Assembly: GCA_963709345.1 (NCBI GenBank)
Contig: CAVPVX010000004.1
Span: 192,001-256,000 of the forward strand
Origin: an uncultured Actinomycetes bacterium
GTDB taxonomy: Bacteria > Actinomycetota > Thermoleophilia > UBA2241
Direction of reading: 5' to 3'
DNA length: 64,000 nt
In this document: positions 9,989-20,807 of the stretch, piece by piece
How the letters are laid out: each line of letters begins with the position of its first letter
Position numbering within the stretch: position 1 is the stretch's first letter
Position numbers and translations under genes: made by a program
Notes under the pieces: model-generated
The model's database searches: none
Seen by the model: only the letters and a program-made list of their open reading frames with translations
Told to the model about the DNA's origin: nothing

Positions 9989-11257
9989 TCAGGCGACGGG
10001 CATGTCGGCGGACGCCTCCTCGGGGGTATCCAAGATGACCTGTTCGTCGCGTGTTCGCCGCGCGATCGCGGCGAACAGGGCGAGGGCGGCGATGCTGGAG
10101 GTGGCGATCACGATCGCCATCGGCAGGCCGCCGACGCCGCCGCCGATTCCGACGAGTGGTGTCGCGAGGGCGCCGAGTCCCAGGCGGAGCGTGCCGAAGT
10201 AGGCTGACGCCGAGCCGGCAACCTCGGGATGCAGCGAGAGCGCCAGAGCGGTCGAGTCGGGGAACACCACCCCGAGGCTCGCGACCAGAAGGAAGAGCGG
10301 GATCGCCAGGGCCACGATGCCGAGGCCGCCGATGAGCGTCACGACCAGGACTGCCGTCCCCGACAGGCTGCCGCCGATGAGGCCCGCCGTGAGGAGCTGC
10401 CGTGGGGAGAAGCGAGCGAGCAGACGGTGGTTCGCCTGGCTCGCGATCAGCATGCCGACCGCGTTGATGGCGAACAGCACGCTGAACTTGACCGGCGAGG
10501 CGCCGTAAAGATCTTGGTAGACGAACGACGAGCCCGCCAGGTAGGCGAAGAAGGCCATGAAGGCGAGGGCGCTGGTGACGGCGTAGCCCATGAAGCCGGG
10601 ATCGCGGGACAGCATCGCCATGGTGCGAAGGGTGGGTCCCGGTCCCGTCGCGGAGCGACGCTCCCGGGGCAGGCTTTCGTCGAGGCCGAAGGTGACACTC
10701 GCGACCAGGGCGATGCCGATACCGGTCAGCACGACGAAGATGCCGCGCCACGAGGTGACGCGGAGAAGCTGGGCGCCGACGAGCGGAGCCACGATCGGCG
10801 CCATGCCGCTCACGAGGGCGAGTCGTGAGAGCAGGCGTGCCGCTTGCCGCCCGCGCGCGTAGTCGGTGACGACCGCGTTGGCGATCACGATGCCGGAGGC
10901 GCCGGCGAACCCTTGGATGAAGCGGACGCCGATCAGCACCTCGACCGACGGCGTGAGGGCGCACGCCAGGGCCGTGGCGGCGAACACGCCGAGGCCGATG
11001 ATCAGGGGGAGTCTCCGGCCGTAGGCGTCGCTCAGCGGTCCCGCAAGCAGCTGACCGAGCGCGAGGCCGGCGAGAAAGGTGGTGACCGTGAGCGCGATCG
11101 CCTGCGTCGTCGCGCCGAGGTCGCTCGCCACCGTGGGAAGCGCGGGCAGATAGAGGTCGGTTGCAAACGGGCCGATGGTGCACAGGGCGCCGAGGATGAC
11201 GATGAGAAGGGTCAGCCGCCGCGGGCTGAAGTCGCTGAGTCGGGAAGCATGATCCAC
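9989..11257 (-). CDS. Bcr/CflA (DHA1) MFS drug efflux transporter
   Basis: PFATDLYLPALP, GPLSDAYGRR, APIVAPLVG, multiple TM segments. Confidence 0.92.
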   Translation of the reverse strand: MDHASRLSDFSPRRLTLLIVILGALCTIGPFATDLYLPALPTVASDLGATTQAIALTVTTFLAGLALGQLLAGPLSDAYGRRLPLIIGLGVFAATALACALTPSVEVLIGVRFIQGFAGASGIVIANAVVTDYARGRQAARLLSRLALVSGMAPIVAPLVGAQLLRVTSWRGIFVVLTGIGIALVASVTFGLDESLPRERRSATGPGPTLRTMAMLSRDPGFMGYAVTSALAFMAFFAYLAGSSFVYQDLYGASPVKFSVLFAINAVGMLIASQANHRLLARFSPRQLLTAGLIGGSLSGTAVLVVTLIGGLGIVALAIPLFLLVASLGVVFPDSTALALSLHPEVAGSASAYFGTLRLGLGALATPLVGIGGGVGGLPMAIVIATSSIAALALFAAIARRTRDEQVILDTPEEASADMPVA

Positions 11258-11431
11258 GCCCGGCAGACTACTCTGCCTCCTGTGTCGCCGCTACCTCGCC
11301 GCGGCCGTTGTACCGTGAGGCGGGCGTCGCGAAGAGGTAGAGTCGGAGGCGCCGCTCCGGGAGAGGGCGGCGACGGAGGGCCGGGAGCGGGGTGGCGCGC
11401 GGCCGTGGCCCCGAGCGACGGAGGTGAAGCG

Positions 11432-12565
11432 GTGCGCATACTCTACGGAGTGGCCGGTGAGGGCATGGGTCACGCGACGCGTTCGCACGCCTTTCTCGCC
11501 GACATCGTCGGCGATCACGAGGTCCTGATCGTCGCATCCGGGCGCGCCTACGACTACCTCGGGCAGCATTTTCCCCAGGTCCGCGAGATCCTCGGGTTCT
11601 CGCTCGCCTACGAGGACAACGCCATCCGCCGCTGGGAGACGGTCGCCCAGAACCTGCGCGGCGCCGTGAGCGGGTGGCCGGCGCAGGTGCGCAGCTTCTA
11701 CGAGGTGGCCCGCGACTTCGATCCGGACGTCGTCGTCAGCGACTTCGAGTCGTTCGTCCTCACCGTCGCCCGACGCGAGCGCGTGCCGGCGATCAGCGTC
11801 GACAACATCATGATGCTGGACCGTTGCCGCCACGACGAGGGCATCATCGGCGGCGACACCCTGGACTTCGAGCTTGCGCGCCAGATCGCGCGGACGAAGG
11901 CCGCGGGCCTGCACCACGCCATCGTGCCGACCTTCTTTCGGCCCCCACTGCGGCGCAAGGCGACCACGCTGGTGGCGCCTGTGCTCAGGGACGCGGTGCT
12001 CGCCGCCGTGGCGGAGCGGGGCGAGCACATCGTGGTGTACCAGACGGCCGCGGGCAGCGAGAGCCTTGTGAAGGCACTTCACGAGACGGGGCTGCCCTGC
12101 CGGCTCTACGGCGTGCGTCGCGACCTCGACGACGATCTTGTCGACGGCGAACTCGTGTACCGACCGTTCAGCGAGCCGGGCTTTCTGCAGGACCTGCGTA
12201 CGGCTCGCGGCGTCATCGCCGGCGGCGGGTTCTCGCTGCTGTCGGAGTGCGTGTACCTGCGCAAGCCGGCGCTGTCCATTCCCGTCACCGGCCAGTTCGA
12301 GCAGACGCTCAACGCGCGCTACCTCGAGCGGCTCGGGTACGGGGAGTACGCGGAGGCGCCGACGCCGCTGGCGATCGGCGCCTTTCTCGAGCGCCTGCCC
12401 CAGCACGAGCAGGCGCTTGCCGGCTATCGGCAGGACGGCAACAGCGAGGCGCTCGCCGCCCTTCGCGAGCAACTCGCGCTGATCGCCCTCGAGCACACAC
12501 ACCGTCGACGCCGCGGCCCACAGGCTTCCGCGCCCCTTGACGGCTCGCCGGGGGCGTCGGCATGA
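11432..12565 (+). CDS. MJ1255/VC2487-like GT-B glycosyltransferase
   Basis: ILYGVAGEGMGHATRS, VSDFE, GGFSLLSE, GQFEQTLNA. Confidence 0.85.
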   Translation: MRILYGVAGEGMGHATRSHAFLADIVGDHEVLIVASGRAYDYLGQHFPQVREILGFSLAYEDNAIRRWETVAQNLRGAVSGWPAQVRSFYEVARDFDPDVVVSDFESFVLTVARRERVPAISVDNIMMLDRCRHDEGIIGGDTLDFELARQIARTKAAGLHHAIVPTFFRPPLRRKATTLVAPVLRDAVLAAVAERGEHIVVYQTAAGSESLVKALHETGLPCRLYGVRRDLDDDLVDGELVYRPFSEPGFLQDLRTARGVIAGGGFSLLSECVYLRKPALSIPVTGQFEQTLNARYLERLGYGEYAEAPTPLAIGAFLERLPQHEQALAGYRQDGNSEALAALREQLALIALEHTHRRRRGPQASAPLDGSPGASA

Positions 12566-12599
12566 GGCGCGCCGACGCCATGCCGCTTGAGGGAGTAGG

Positions 12600-13298
12600 A
12601 TGACGCTCGCCGTGGCCGTGCCGCTCCTCTGCGTCCTCGCCGTCGTCATGGCTGCCGCCGAGATCGAGATCGAGGGCCCGTACGGGTGGGCGGAGAGGCT
12701 TCCCACGCCCTACCGTGTGAGCGGCCCCTTGGCGCGGCTCTTCGGTCTCCTCCTCGGCGGCAAGCCGCTCACCGGCTACAACCTGTTGCTGTTCGCGGCG
12801 ACGCTCGTCGCCTTCCACCTGCCGTTCGCCTTTGGCGCACCGTGGACGGCGGCGAGCGAGCTCGCGGTGCTTGCCGCCTGGATCGCCTGGAGCGCCGTCT
12901 GGGACTTCCTCTGGTTTCTCCTCAACCCGGCCTACGGCTGGCGTCGCTTCCGGGCGGGCAGCGTGTGGTGGCACAGCCGATGGCTCTGGCGGCTGCCACT
13001 GGACTACTGGGTGGCCGTCATCGCGTCGCTGGTCCTGGCGCTGGCGGCGCAACTTGTCGCCGAGGGCACGCCGGGTGGGGCGGACAGTGCCGGATCCTCC
13101 GGTCCCGGCCCTCTCGCGGCCCAAGCGCTGCTCATCGTCGCCTTCGCCGTCCTCGCCGCCGCCGTCGGCCTGCTCTCGCCGTTCTACCGGAGGCTCCACG
13201 CACACACGCATGCGCCGGCGTTCGACGAGAGGAGCCGGGTGCCCATCACTCCTCCGCCGGGCGAGGCTCGGCCCCAAGACGGCGACGAGGACGGATGA
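12600..13298 (+). CDS. Hypothetical Trp-rich membrane protein
   Basis: GAGGGAG RBS, several TM segments, EIEIEGPYGWA and WDFLWFLLNP motifs; function not recognised. Confidence 0.7.
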   Translation: MTLAVAVPLLCVLAVVMAAAEIEIEGPYGWAERLPTPYRVSGPLARLFGLLLGGKPLTGYNLLLFAATLVAFHLPFAFGAPWTAASELAVLAAWIAWSAVWDFLWFLLNPAYGWRRFRAGSVWWHSRWLWRLPLDYWVAVIASLVLALAAQLVAEGTPGGADSAGSSGPGPLAAQALLIVAFAVLAAAVGLLSPFYRRLHAHTHAPAFDERSRVPITPPPGEARPQDGDEDG

Positions 13299-13352
13299 CG
13301 CCCGGGATCGCGGCGAATGGCCGCGCCGCTGTCCTCACAGCCGCGCCGCCGG

Positions 13353-13826
13353 TCAGGCCTTCGCGCTCAGGCCTTCGAGCTTCTCATGTAGACGGCGCTG
13401 GTGCTTCTCGGTCTGCTCGCGCAGCGTGTCCACCACTTCGGTGACCTCCGGCGGGTCCCCGTCGTACACGACGAACACCTGCGACTCGATCAGCGAGTCC
13501 TCGAGCTTCAGCGCCACGCGGAATGCCTCCTGCAACGGGAAGCCGGCGGCCGGCGTGATCTGCGCGAGATTCCTCAGCCGCGCCGTGTCCGCCTGCACGT
13601 CGGCCAGATCGTACTCGCGGTTGTCGACGAAGGCGGCCAGGTCGCGGGTCCGGTCGGGCAACGAGCGCAACAGCGCACCGTGACCGTGCTCGTCGCGTGC
13701 GAGGGAGCTCCACAGGTCGCCGACCTCGGGGAACTCCTTGGCGTAGGCGGAATAGAGAGCGCTCATCGCCTCTTCGTGCTCCGCCAGCGCAAGTACGACG
13801 TCGCGGGGATCATCTGTCGCTGCCAT
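13353..13826 (-). CDS. Ferritin-like (rubrerythrin-type four-helix) protein
   Basis: GGAGG RBS; E..E...Y, DEHGH, ALKLE, TEKH di-iron-like pattern. Confidence 0.7.
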   Translation of the reverse strand: MAATDDPRDVVLALAEHEEAMSALYSAYAKEFPEVGDLWSSLARDEHGHGALLRSLPDRTRDLAAFVDNREYDLADVQADTARLRNLAQITPAAGFPLQEAFRVALKLEDSLIESQVFVVYDGDPPEVTEVVDTLREQTEKHQRRLHEKLEGLSAKA

Positions 13827-13992
13827 CGGGGTACCTCCATGGGCCGGTTGTGATGGGTTCTGAGGGGCCTCTTCCCGCGTCACACAGCGCTCAATCGCGC
13901 GACGTCTGCAGGCCGCGATGCGGTCCGCACGACCGTTCCGCGGAGTGGTTCGGGCTCTTGACACGCTCCGCCGCGGCCTGTAGGCACCATCT

Positions 13993-15234
13993 GTGAACGC
14001 ACCTTCGGACCCGGCCCCAGTCAGCGGCGCGGGCCGCGGCATGAGCCGTGGCCTCATCCTGCTCTTCGCCGTCGCGACCGGGCAGGCAGTGGCGAGCAAC
14101 TACCTGGCGCAGCCGTTGCTGGACACGATTCGCGACCGCTACGGGGTCACGGCGGCGGTCGCGGGACTCATCGTCACGACCGCCCAGATCGGCTACGCGG
14201 CCGGCCTCATCCTGTTGCTGCCGCTGGGCGACCTGTTCGAGCGCCGCCGGCTGATTGTCACGCTGGCGGCGATAACTGTCGCCGGCCTCGCGGCCGCGGC
14301 GGCCGCGCCGACGATCGGCTTCTTCATCGCCGCCGTCGGCGTCGTCGGCCTGACGTCCGTGATGGCGCAGGTCCTCGTTCCCTTCGCCGCGACGCTGTCG
14401 TCCGAGGCCGAGCGCGGCCGCGTGGTGGGCACCGTCATGAGCGGCCTGCTCCTCGGCATCCTGCTGGCGCGCACCTTCTCCGGCCTCGTGGCCGAGGCCG
14501 CCGGCTGGCGCGCCGTCTACGTTCTTGCGGCCGTCCTCATGGCCGCTCAGGCCGTCGTCCTCTATGCCAAGCTGCCGAGCTACCACGAGTCGGCCGGTCT
14601 CTCGTACCCGAAGCTGCTCGCCTCGGTAGCGGCGATCGCGCGCGCCGAGCCGATCCTCCGCCGGCGCTCGCTGTACGGCGCGTTCTCATTCGCCGGTTTC
14701 AGCATCCTGTGGACGACCCTCGCCTTCCTGCTCGCCGGTCCGCGCTACGGCTACGGCGACGGCATCATCGGACTCTTCGGTCTCGTGGGCGCGGCCGGGG
14801 CGCTCACCGCGACCGTCGTCGGCCGCTTCACGGACCGCGGCTGGTCGCGTGGCCTCACCGGCGTCTCGGCTGCGCTCCTCCTCCTCGGCTTCGTGTTGAT
14901 CTGGCTCGGCGAACGTTCGCTGCCGGCGTTGCTGGCCGGGATCGTCATACTGGACGTGGGCGCCAATGGCATCCACATCACCAACCAGAGTGAGATCTAC
15001 CGGCTGCGGCCGCAGGCACGCAGCCGGATCAATGCGTTCTACATGACGTCGTGCTTCGTGGGCGCGGCCGCCGGCTCGGCGATGGCCGCTCTCGTCTACG
15101 AACGCTGGGGATGGACCGGCTCCTGTGTGCTCGGCATCGTGGTCGCCCTGGCTGCGGTCGGCCGCTGGGCGACCGACCGCGAGCGGCCGCTCTCCGAGCG
15201 GGATCCGGTCTGCGAGGCGCCGCCACCGGCGTGA
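13993..15234 (+). CDS. MFS transporter
   Basis: NYLAQPLL, PLGDLFERRR, GLLLGILLARTFSG, RSRINAFYM. Confidence 0.9.
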   Translation: MNAPSDPAPVSGAGRGMSRGLILLFAVATGQAVASNYLAQPLLDTIRDRYGVTAAVAGLIVTTAQIGYAAGLILLLPLGDLFERRRLIVTLAAITVAGLAAAAAAPTIGFFIAAVGVVGLTSVMAQVLVPFAATLSSEAERGRVVGTVMSGLLLGILLARTFSGLVAEAAGWRAVYVLAAVLMAAQAVVLYAKLPSYHESAGLSYPKLLASVAAIARAEPILRRRSLYGAFSFAGFSILWTTLAFLLAGPRYGYGDGIIGLFGLVGAAGALTATVVGRFTDRGWSRGLTGVSAALLLLGFVLIWLGERSLPALLAGIVILDVGANGIHITNQSEIYRLRPQARSRINAFYMTSCFVGAAAGSAMAALVYERWGWTGSCVLGIVVALAAVGRWATDRERPLSERDPVCEAPPPA

Positions 15235-15292
15235 CGGCCGCCGAGGCCGCTCGCCGCCACCGTCGTCAGTCACGAGAGGGAAGGGACCAGGT

Positions 15293-16087
15293 ATGAGATT
15301 CGTCGACGCGCATCTGCACACCGACATGATCGAGGACGTCCAGCTGCAGAAGCTCGTGATGATGGGCATGGAGGCGGCGGTCATCCCGAGTCCGCACATG
15401 TTCGTCGGCACGCATGACGCGGACACCGTGCTGCTCCTCTGGGAGCGCTTCCTCACGATGGAGGCGACTACCGCGACAACGCTGGGCTACGAGGCCTACA
15501 CATCGATCTCCGTGCCGTTCTTCGGGGTCGGCCGCGCCGACGCCGAGCGCTGCCTCGAGCGCATGCCGGAGTTCCTGGCCAACGACCGCGTCGTCGCCAT
15601 GGGCGAGATCGGGTTGGACACCGACACCGAGTTCGAGGAGTGGCTGTTCCGCGAGCATCTGCGCGTCGCCAAGGAGCACGACCTGCCGGTGATCCTGCAC
15701 ACGCCCATCCGACTGGCGCCGCAGGGGCAGACCGTCACCCCCCGCGTGTTCGAGATCATCAAGGAAGAGGGTTACCCGGTGGAGCGCTGCGTGTTCGACC
15801 ACGCCGGTGAGGAGACCATGGAGTTCCGCATGAGCACCGGCGGCATGGTCGGTCTCAGCATCTGCTGGGACAAGATGCCGCCGGAGGCCGCCGCGCGCAT
15901 CGTCATCGACCACCCCGAGTGGCGCGAGCGCCTGATGATCAACTCCGAGCTCGGCGGCATGGGCAACGACTACTTCATGGTCCCGCGCGTACAACTGGCG
16001 ATGAAGCTCTTCGGCCTGGACAAGGAGACGATCGACCAGGTCTGCTTCCAGACGCCGCGCGACTTCTTCTCGCTGCCGGTCGGCTGA
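15293..16087 (+). CDS. TatD-family (amidohydrolase fold) hydrolase
   Basis: DAHLH, MGEIGLD, ILHTP, FDH, INSE. Confidence 0.85.
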   Translation: MRFVDAHLHTDMIEDVQLQKLVMMGMEAAVIPSPHMFVGTHDADTVLLLWERFLTMEATTATTLGYEAYTSISVPFFGVGRADAERCLERMPEFLANDRVVAMGEIGLDTDTEFEEWLFREHLRVAKEHDLPVILHTPIRLAPQGQTVTPRVFEIIKEEGYPVERCVFDHAGEETMEFRMSTGGMVGLSICWDKMPPEAAARIVIDHPEWRERLMINSELGGMGNDYFMVPRVQLAMKLFGLDKETIDQVCFQTPRDFFSLPVG

Positions 16088-16659
16088 ACGTATCCCGCAC
16101 GGGAGCGAGCTTCCCGGTGAGCCCCCGCACCCGGCGCCGTCTTCGGGTGCGACATAGAAGGACGCCGCCGCCGGCAGCTGACGGTACGTTCTGGCGTCAG
16201 GTCGCCTTCCGGCTTTCGCTCGCGCGTGCTCGACCGGTGGGCCGTCGGCGACAGCGTTCAGGGCGATGAGCATCCGCGCCCCGTGAGGGGCCGCGGGCGT
16301 GCTGAGTGGCGTCACTGTCGTGGGGCGGCGTCACGTCCGCCGACCAGCCGCGGCGCCCCTTTTTACGAAGTGTTCACACTCTCCGCAAGACCGTCGAACA
16401 ACTCCGGGGACACTGAGGTCGCCACCCGGATCGGAGAGGATGTCTCCATATGCTTCGTTACTCCGTCATCGCGTGTGCCGCTCTCGCTGCTCTCGCCCCC
16501 CTCGCGCGAGTCGTGTCCCGCGTCCCGAGCAGGGAAGCCATGCCGCCTCGTCTCCCCGGCAGGGGCCGGCGCGGGGAACGCCCGTGACGATCCTCGAGGA
16601 CGCACGAGGCGGCAAGGGCGGCGCGGGACCGGATCGACCGCTCGCTGTGTCCGCCCGCC

Positions 16660-17682
16660 GTGACTGGCGAGAGGGCGGGAGCCGTGGGCCTGGGCAGGAT
16701 CGGCGTCGGGACGTGGCCGCTGCCCCACGACGGCCTGCGGCTGCCCGGCGCCGGGCGTGACGACTGCAGAATGCGGTCTGTTCTCCAGCGTGCCTTCGAG
16801 ATGGGCATCGACTGGATCGACACCGCGCACAGCTACGACGATGGCGCCGCGGAGGAGGTAGTCGGGCGCTTCGTGTCCGGCCTGCCCGCCGACGTGAGGC
16901 CGATCATCCTCACCAAAGGCGGCGTGGTCAGGGACATGGCGCTCGGCTGGCCGCGACCCGTGGCCGTCCTGCGGCCCTCCGTCATACGGGCGCAGCTGGA
17001 GGCCTCGTTGCGGAGGCTCCGGCGCGAGGCGGCTGATATCTATCTGCTGCATCATCCAGATATGACGGGCGTTCCCGTCGAGGAGTCGTGGGGCGAGGTC
17101 CTCGGGCTCGTCCGGGAGGGCCTCATCGGGATGGCCGGGCTCTGCGGCTTCGTCGAGGACGACGTCCGGCGCTGCGCCGCCGAAGGCGGGATCGATCTCG
17201 TGATGCGGCGTCTGACCCCGTTGTGCCCTGAAGACGGCGCGGCCGACGCCCGTCTCTGTCGGGACCTCGGGGTCGACCTCGTGGTCTGGAGTCCCGGGCA
17301 GACGGGGCGGCTGCTCGATCCCGCCGCCGCCGGCCCGCTGTCCGGAACGCCTCTTGACACGCCTCGAGACAGGCTCAGGGCGCTCTCGGACACCGATATC
17401 GGTCGGGAGCTTGCGCTCACCGCGGCGCTTCGACATGTCGCGGAGCGGCACGGCGTGACGCCCGAGGCAATCGTGGTGGCCTGGCAGCTGTCTCAGGAGG
17501 GCGTGACTGCCGTCGCGTTTGGCGCCTATCAGGCAGCACACGTCGACGCGTGCCTGCCGGGTCTCACGGTCTCGCTCTCCGCAGACGATCTCAGCGAGAT
17601 CGACGATGCTTCCCGGCCGTCACTGGCGATGTGGCGCTCTGCCGCGAGAGAGCCGCCCCGCGACGAGACTCGATCGGTCTAG
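16660..17682 (+). CDS. Aldo/keto reductase
   Basis: WIDTAHSY, LTKGG, SLRRL, IYLLHHPD, WSPGQTGRL. Confidence 0.85.
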   Translation: MTGERAGAVGLGRIGVGTWPLPHDGLRLPGAGRDDCRMRSVLQRAFEMGIDWIDTAHSYDDGAAEEVVGRFVSGLPADVRPIILTKGGVVRDMALGWPRPVAVLRPSVIRAQLEASLRRLRREAADIYLLHHPDMTGVPVEESWGEVLGLVREGLIGMAGLCGFVEDDVRRCAAEGGIDLVMRRLTPLCPEDGAADARLCRDLGVDLVVWSPGQTGRLLDPAAAGPLSGTPLDTPRDRLRALSDTDIGRELALTAALRHVAERHGVTPEAIVVAWQLSQEGVTAVAFGAYQAAHVDACLPGLTVSLSADDLSEIDDASRPSLAMWRSAAREPPRDETRSV

Positions 17683-17723
17683 GCTCGCTGGACCCGGCCC
17701 GCCTCGGAAGCCGCTCTGGCGAT

Positions 17724-19043
17724 TCAGATCGAGTCGGCCGGCGAGTCGAGGGGAAGGCGGATGGAGAATGTCGCTCCGCCGTTCGCGCGGCTGCTTGCTT
17801 CGACGTGCCCACCCATGGTCTCCACCAACTCCCGCACGAGCGCGAGGCCGAGGCCCGTGCCGACCGGCCGCGTCGCCTTGTAGCGATCGTACAGACGGAA
17901 GCGGTCGAAGGCGTGCTCGAGGTCGTCGGCGTCGAGCCCGGGCCCCGAGTCGACGACGCTGATCGAGCCCGGCTGCACGGCGACGTGTACGGCGCCGCCG
18001 GCCGGACTCAGGCGGAGCGCGTTCTCGACCAGGTTCGTCACGCACTGGACGATCCGGTCCGGGTCGCCCCGGGCCGGCGACTCCGGCGATGCGACCAGTT
18101 CGACCCGCGTCTCCAGCCTGTCCGCCGCGGCCTCGCAGCGCCTGACGGCTTCCGCCGACAGCTCGGCGAGGTCGACGGGCTCCGAGCGCACGGTGAAGCG
18201 CTCCTGGCCGAGCCGCGCCAGGTCCAGCAGGTCTTCGACGAGACGTTCGAGGCGAGCGCTCTCGGTCAGGATGAACTCGCTCGCCATCTCGGGCGCGACT
18301 ACGCCTTCCGTCTGGCCGAGGGCGAATCCGCGGATCGCCGCGAGCGGCGTCCTGAGTTCGTGGGTCACCGACAGGAGAAAGGCCCTTTCCGCCAGGCGTA
18401 CCCGCTCCAGCTCACGTGACATGTGGTTGAAGCTCTCGGTGAGCGAGCGCAACTCGCGCGGGCCACCGACCTCGATCGGGAGCGGTGTCGATCCCTCGGC
18501 GACCTGCCGGCTCGCTCCGGCGACGCGGGAGACAGGTCGGGTGACGGCGCGCGCGACGATGAGGGATGCGGCCGCCGCGCAGCCGACGGCCAGCAACGCG
18601 CCGAGCAGAAGACGCCCGGTCCACTGCCGCCAGTCGACGATGGGCGTCGTGTAGGGACGCTCGAGGACGAAGACCTCCGAGCCCCGGCGGACCGCCGCGA
18701 ACATCTCGCGGCCGCGCCGGTCTTGTCTGCCGGCGACGGCTCCGGCGGCCTCCAGCTCGGCTACGGCCTCCGGCGGCAGATGGGCGGCAGCGGAGTCGGC
18801 CGGGAAGATCGAGAGGGCGCGATCGACGCCGGCCACAGCGTCCTGGATGGCCACCCGCTGCTCGCGCGGCTGCTTCTCGATGATGGCCGAGAGCAGGTTG
18901 GTGTGGCGCGCGAGTGCGGCGAGATCGGCGTGCTCTATGCTCGCCTGGAGGACCACGGCCCCCAGGATCAGGAAGGCGACGAGCGGGACGGCCGTGGCGA
19001 GAAACACGGCCAGCCACATCCGGGTCCACAGTCGGTCCAGCAT
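17724..19043 (-). CDS. HAMP-domain sensor histidine kinase
   Basis: Two TMs, HELRTPL, NLVENA, DSGPG, GTGLGL. Confidence 0.93.
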   Translation of the reverse strand: MLDRLWTRMWLAVFLATAVPLVAFLILGAVVLQASIEHADLAALARHTNLLSAIIEKQPREQRVAIQDAVAGVDRALSIFPADSAAAHLPPEAVAELEAAGAVAGRQDRRGREMFAAVRRGSEVFVLERPYTTPIVDWRQWTGRLLLGALLAVGCAAAASLIVARAVTRPVSRVAGASRQVAEGSTPLPIEVGGPRELRSLTESFNHMSRELERVRLAERAFLLSVTHELRTPLAAIRGFALGQTEGVVAPEMASEFILTESARLERLVEDLLDLARLGQERFTVRSEPVDLAELSAEAVRRCEAAADRLETRVELVASPESPARGDPDRIVQCVTNLVENALRLSPAGGAVHVAVQPGSISVVDSGPGLDADDLEHAFDRFRLYDRYKATRPVGTGLGLALVRELVETMGGHVEASSRANGGATFSIRLPLDSPADSI

Positions 19044-19082
19044 GCTCGCTCCCCTCCGGCCGGCGCCGTCGCCGGCGACCGG

Positions 19083-19751
19083 CTAGCCGCGGATCGCCTT
19101 GTAGCCGACTCCGTAGACGGTCTGAATGAGATCGGGACGCTCAAGCTTGCGGCGGACCTGAGCGATGTGCACGTCCACCGTCCTGGTGCCGCCCGGGTAG
19201 TCGATGCCCCAGAGGCGATCGAGGAGCTGCTCGCGCGTGAACACCACGCCGCGATGCGCCACCAGGTGCGTGAGGAGATCGAACTCCTTGGCTGTGAGGT
19301 CCACGCAGGAGCCGTCGACGGTCACCTCACGCGCCTCGCAGTCCACCACGACGCCGGAGAGCGACAGCATCGACCTGCCGGCCGTCGGCCCGCTGCGGCG
19401 CAGGACGACTTTGACGCGAGCCATGAGCTCGCGCGGTGAGAACGGCTTCGTGACGTAGTCGTCGGCTCCGAGTTCCAGGCCGGCGACGCGGTCGGCCTCA
19501 TCGGTCCGGGCCGTCAGGATGATGATGGGGACGGTCGTTCGCGCCTTGATCTCACGACATACATCGAAGCCGTCCATGTCGGGGAGGCCGATGTCGAGGA
19601 TGACGAGAGCCGTGGCGCGCCGCTCGAGCTCCGAGAGCCCCTCGGCGCCGCTCCGCGCCCAGACGACGGAGTACTCGTCGTGACGGAGGTACTCTTGCAC
19701 CAGCGTGCCCATGCTGGCTTCGTCTTCGATGAGGAGAACGGTCCCACGCAT
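19083..19751 (-). CDS. OmpR-family response regulator
   Basis: LIEDE, ILDIGLPDMDG, ADDYVTKPF, RTVDVHI, TVYGVGY. Confidence 0.95.
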   Translation of the reverse strand: MRGTVLLIEDEASMGTLVQEYLRHDEYSVVWARSGAEGLSELERRATALVILDIGLPDMDGFDVCREIKARTTVPIIILTARTDEADRVAGLELGADDYVTKPFSPRELMARVKVVLRRSGPTAGRSMLSLSGVVVDCEAREVTVDGSCVDLTAKEFDLLTHLVAHRGVVFTREQLLDRLWGIDYPGGTRTVDVHIAQVRRKLERPDLIQTVYGVGYKAIRG

Positions 19752-19970
19752 GCCCCTATGATACCCGCCCGTCATCGAGCGGTCCCGGGGCCGTGGCCGA
19801 CGCGGGATGCGTCGTCCGCCGGACGCGCCGGACGGCCGCACAGGTAACCTGCCTGCATCCAAGGTCCTGCACCGGGACGCCGTCCGGCCCTCGGTGGTTC
19901 GAGGTGCCGGACGGCGTAAGAGGGCGTGGCCCGCAGGGCTGCGCCGGCGTGGCGCGCCGGCCTCTCGGCG

Positions 19971-20567
19971 TCAGGCGCGGCTCACCAGGTCGTCGCGGCC
20001 GTCGGCGACGAAGTACGCGGCCGTGACCGTGGCGATCGTGAACGGCACCGCGAGGATCGCCAGCGGGCCGTCGGCGACGGCGTTCAGAGCCAGCAGCATG
20101 ACGGTGAGCGCCAGGTGCTCCCAGAAGCCGTTGTCGCGGACCAGGTGGTAGCTTGCCGCCATCGCGTCGTAGACGCCCAGGCGCCGATCGACCATGAGCG
20201 GGATCACGTACAGCCAGATCGTCACGAGCAGCACGCCTCCGACGATGGTGAGTGAGGCCAGGCCGATCAGCACGACGAGCACAAGCGCCGCTACCAGGAA
20301 GTCCCAGAAGCGGTCCATGCAGGAGAAGACGTCTCCGATCTCGGCGGTGCGACCGTCGCGGATCCGCCCGGCGACCATGCTGTAGAGGCCGGCCAGCAGC
20401 GGGCCCGCGAGGATGCCCAGAGTGACGATGGAGAGCAGGCCGGCGATGAGACCGCCGACCAGCAGCGGGACGATGTCGGCGGTGAAGCAGTTCCAGCCGC
20501 CTTTGAAGGCGAGGCCGACATCCAGACGCGGGCGGGCGAGCGCCGGCGTTGCTTCGACTGTAGTCAT
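19971..20567 (-). CDS. Integral membrane protein
   Basis: AAAGGA RBS, multiple TM helices; family not assigned. Confidence 0.75.
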   Translation of the reverse strand: MTTVEATPALARPRLDVGLAFKGGWNCFTADIVPLLVGGLIAGLLSIVTLGILAGPLLAGLYSMVAGRIRDGRTAEIGDVFSCMDRFWDFLVAALVLVVLIGLASLTIVGGVLLVTIWLYVIPLMVDRRLGVYDAMAASYHLVRDNGFWEHLALTVMLLALNAVADGPLAILAVPFTIATVTAAYFVADGRDDLVSRA

Positions 20568-20739
20568 GGTGGGTTCCTTTCCCCGAGGTTGCGTTGTCCT
20601 GAGATGAGACTACGGACTCACGCGGCCGGCGTCGTCACCCCCGGGACTGAATCGGGGGTCAACCACAGGGGGAACCCCGCCCTCGCTGCGCACCCCTGCG
20701 GAGGGAGGGCGCCGGCGTTCGCGGGGCAGGGAAGCAAGA

Positions 20740-20776
20740 AAGGCGGCGGGCGGCCGGAAGGGCCGCCCGCCGCCTT
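20740..20776 (-). terminator. Intrinsic terminator of the transglycosylase-like gene
   Basis: Perfect 16-bp stem aaggcggcgggcggcc/ggccgcccgccgcctt; U-rich tail on the minus strand. Confidence 0.7.
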
Positions 20777-20807
20777 GGACAAGTCACGAGGGGGCGCGTC
20801 GGCCGGT

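Noticed and set aside
15293-16087. TatD as part of an anti-phage or ebo cluster
   Set aside because: Neighbours are an MFS transporter and an AKR, with no partner genes of such systems
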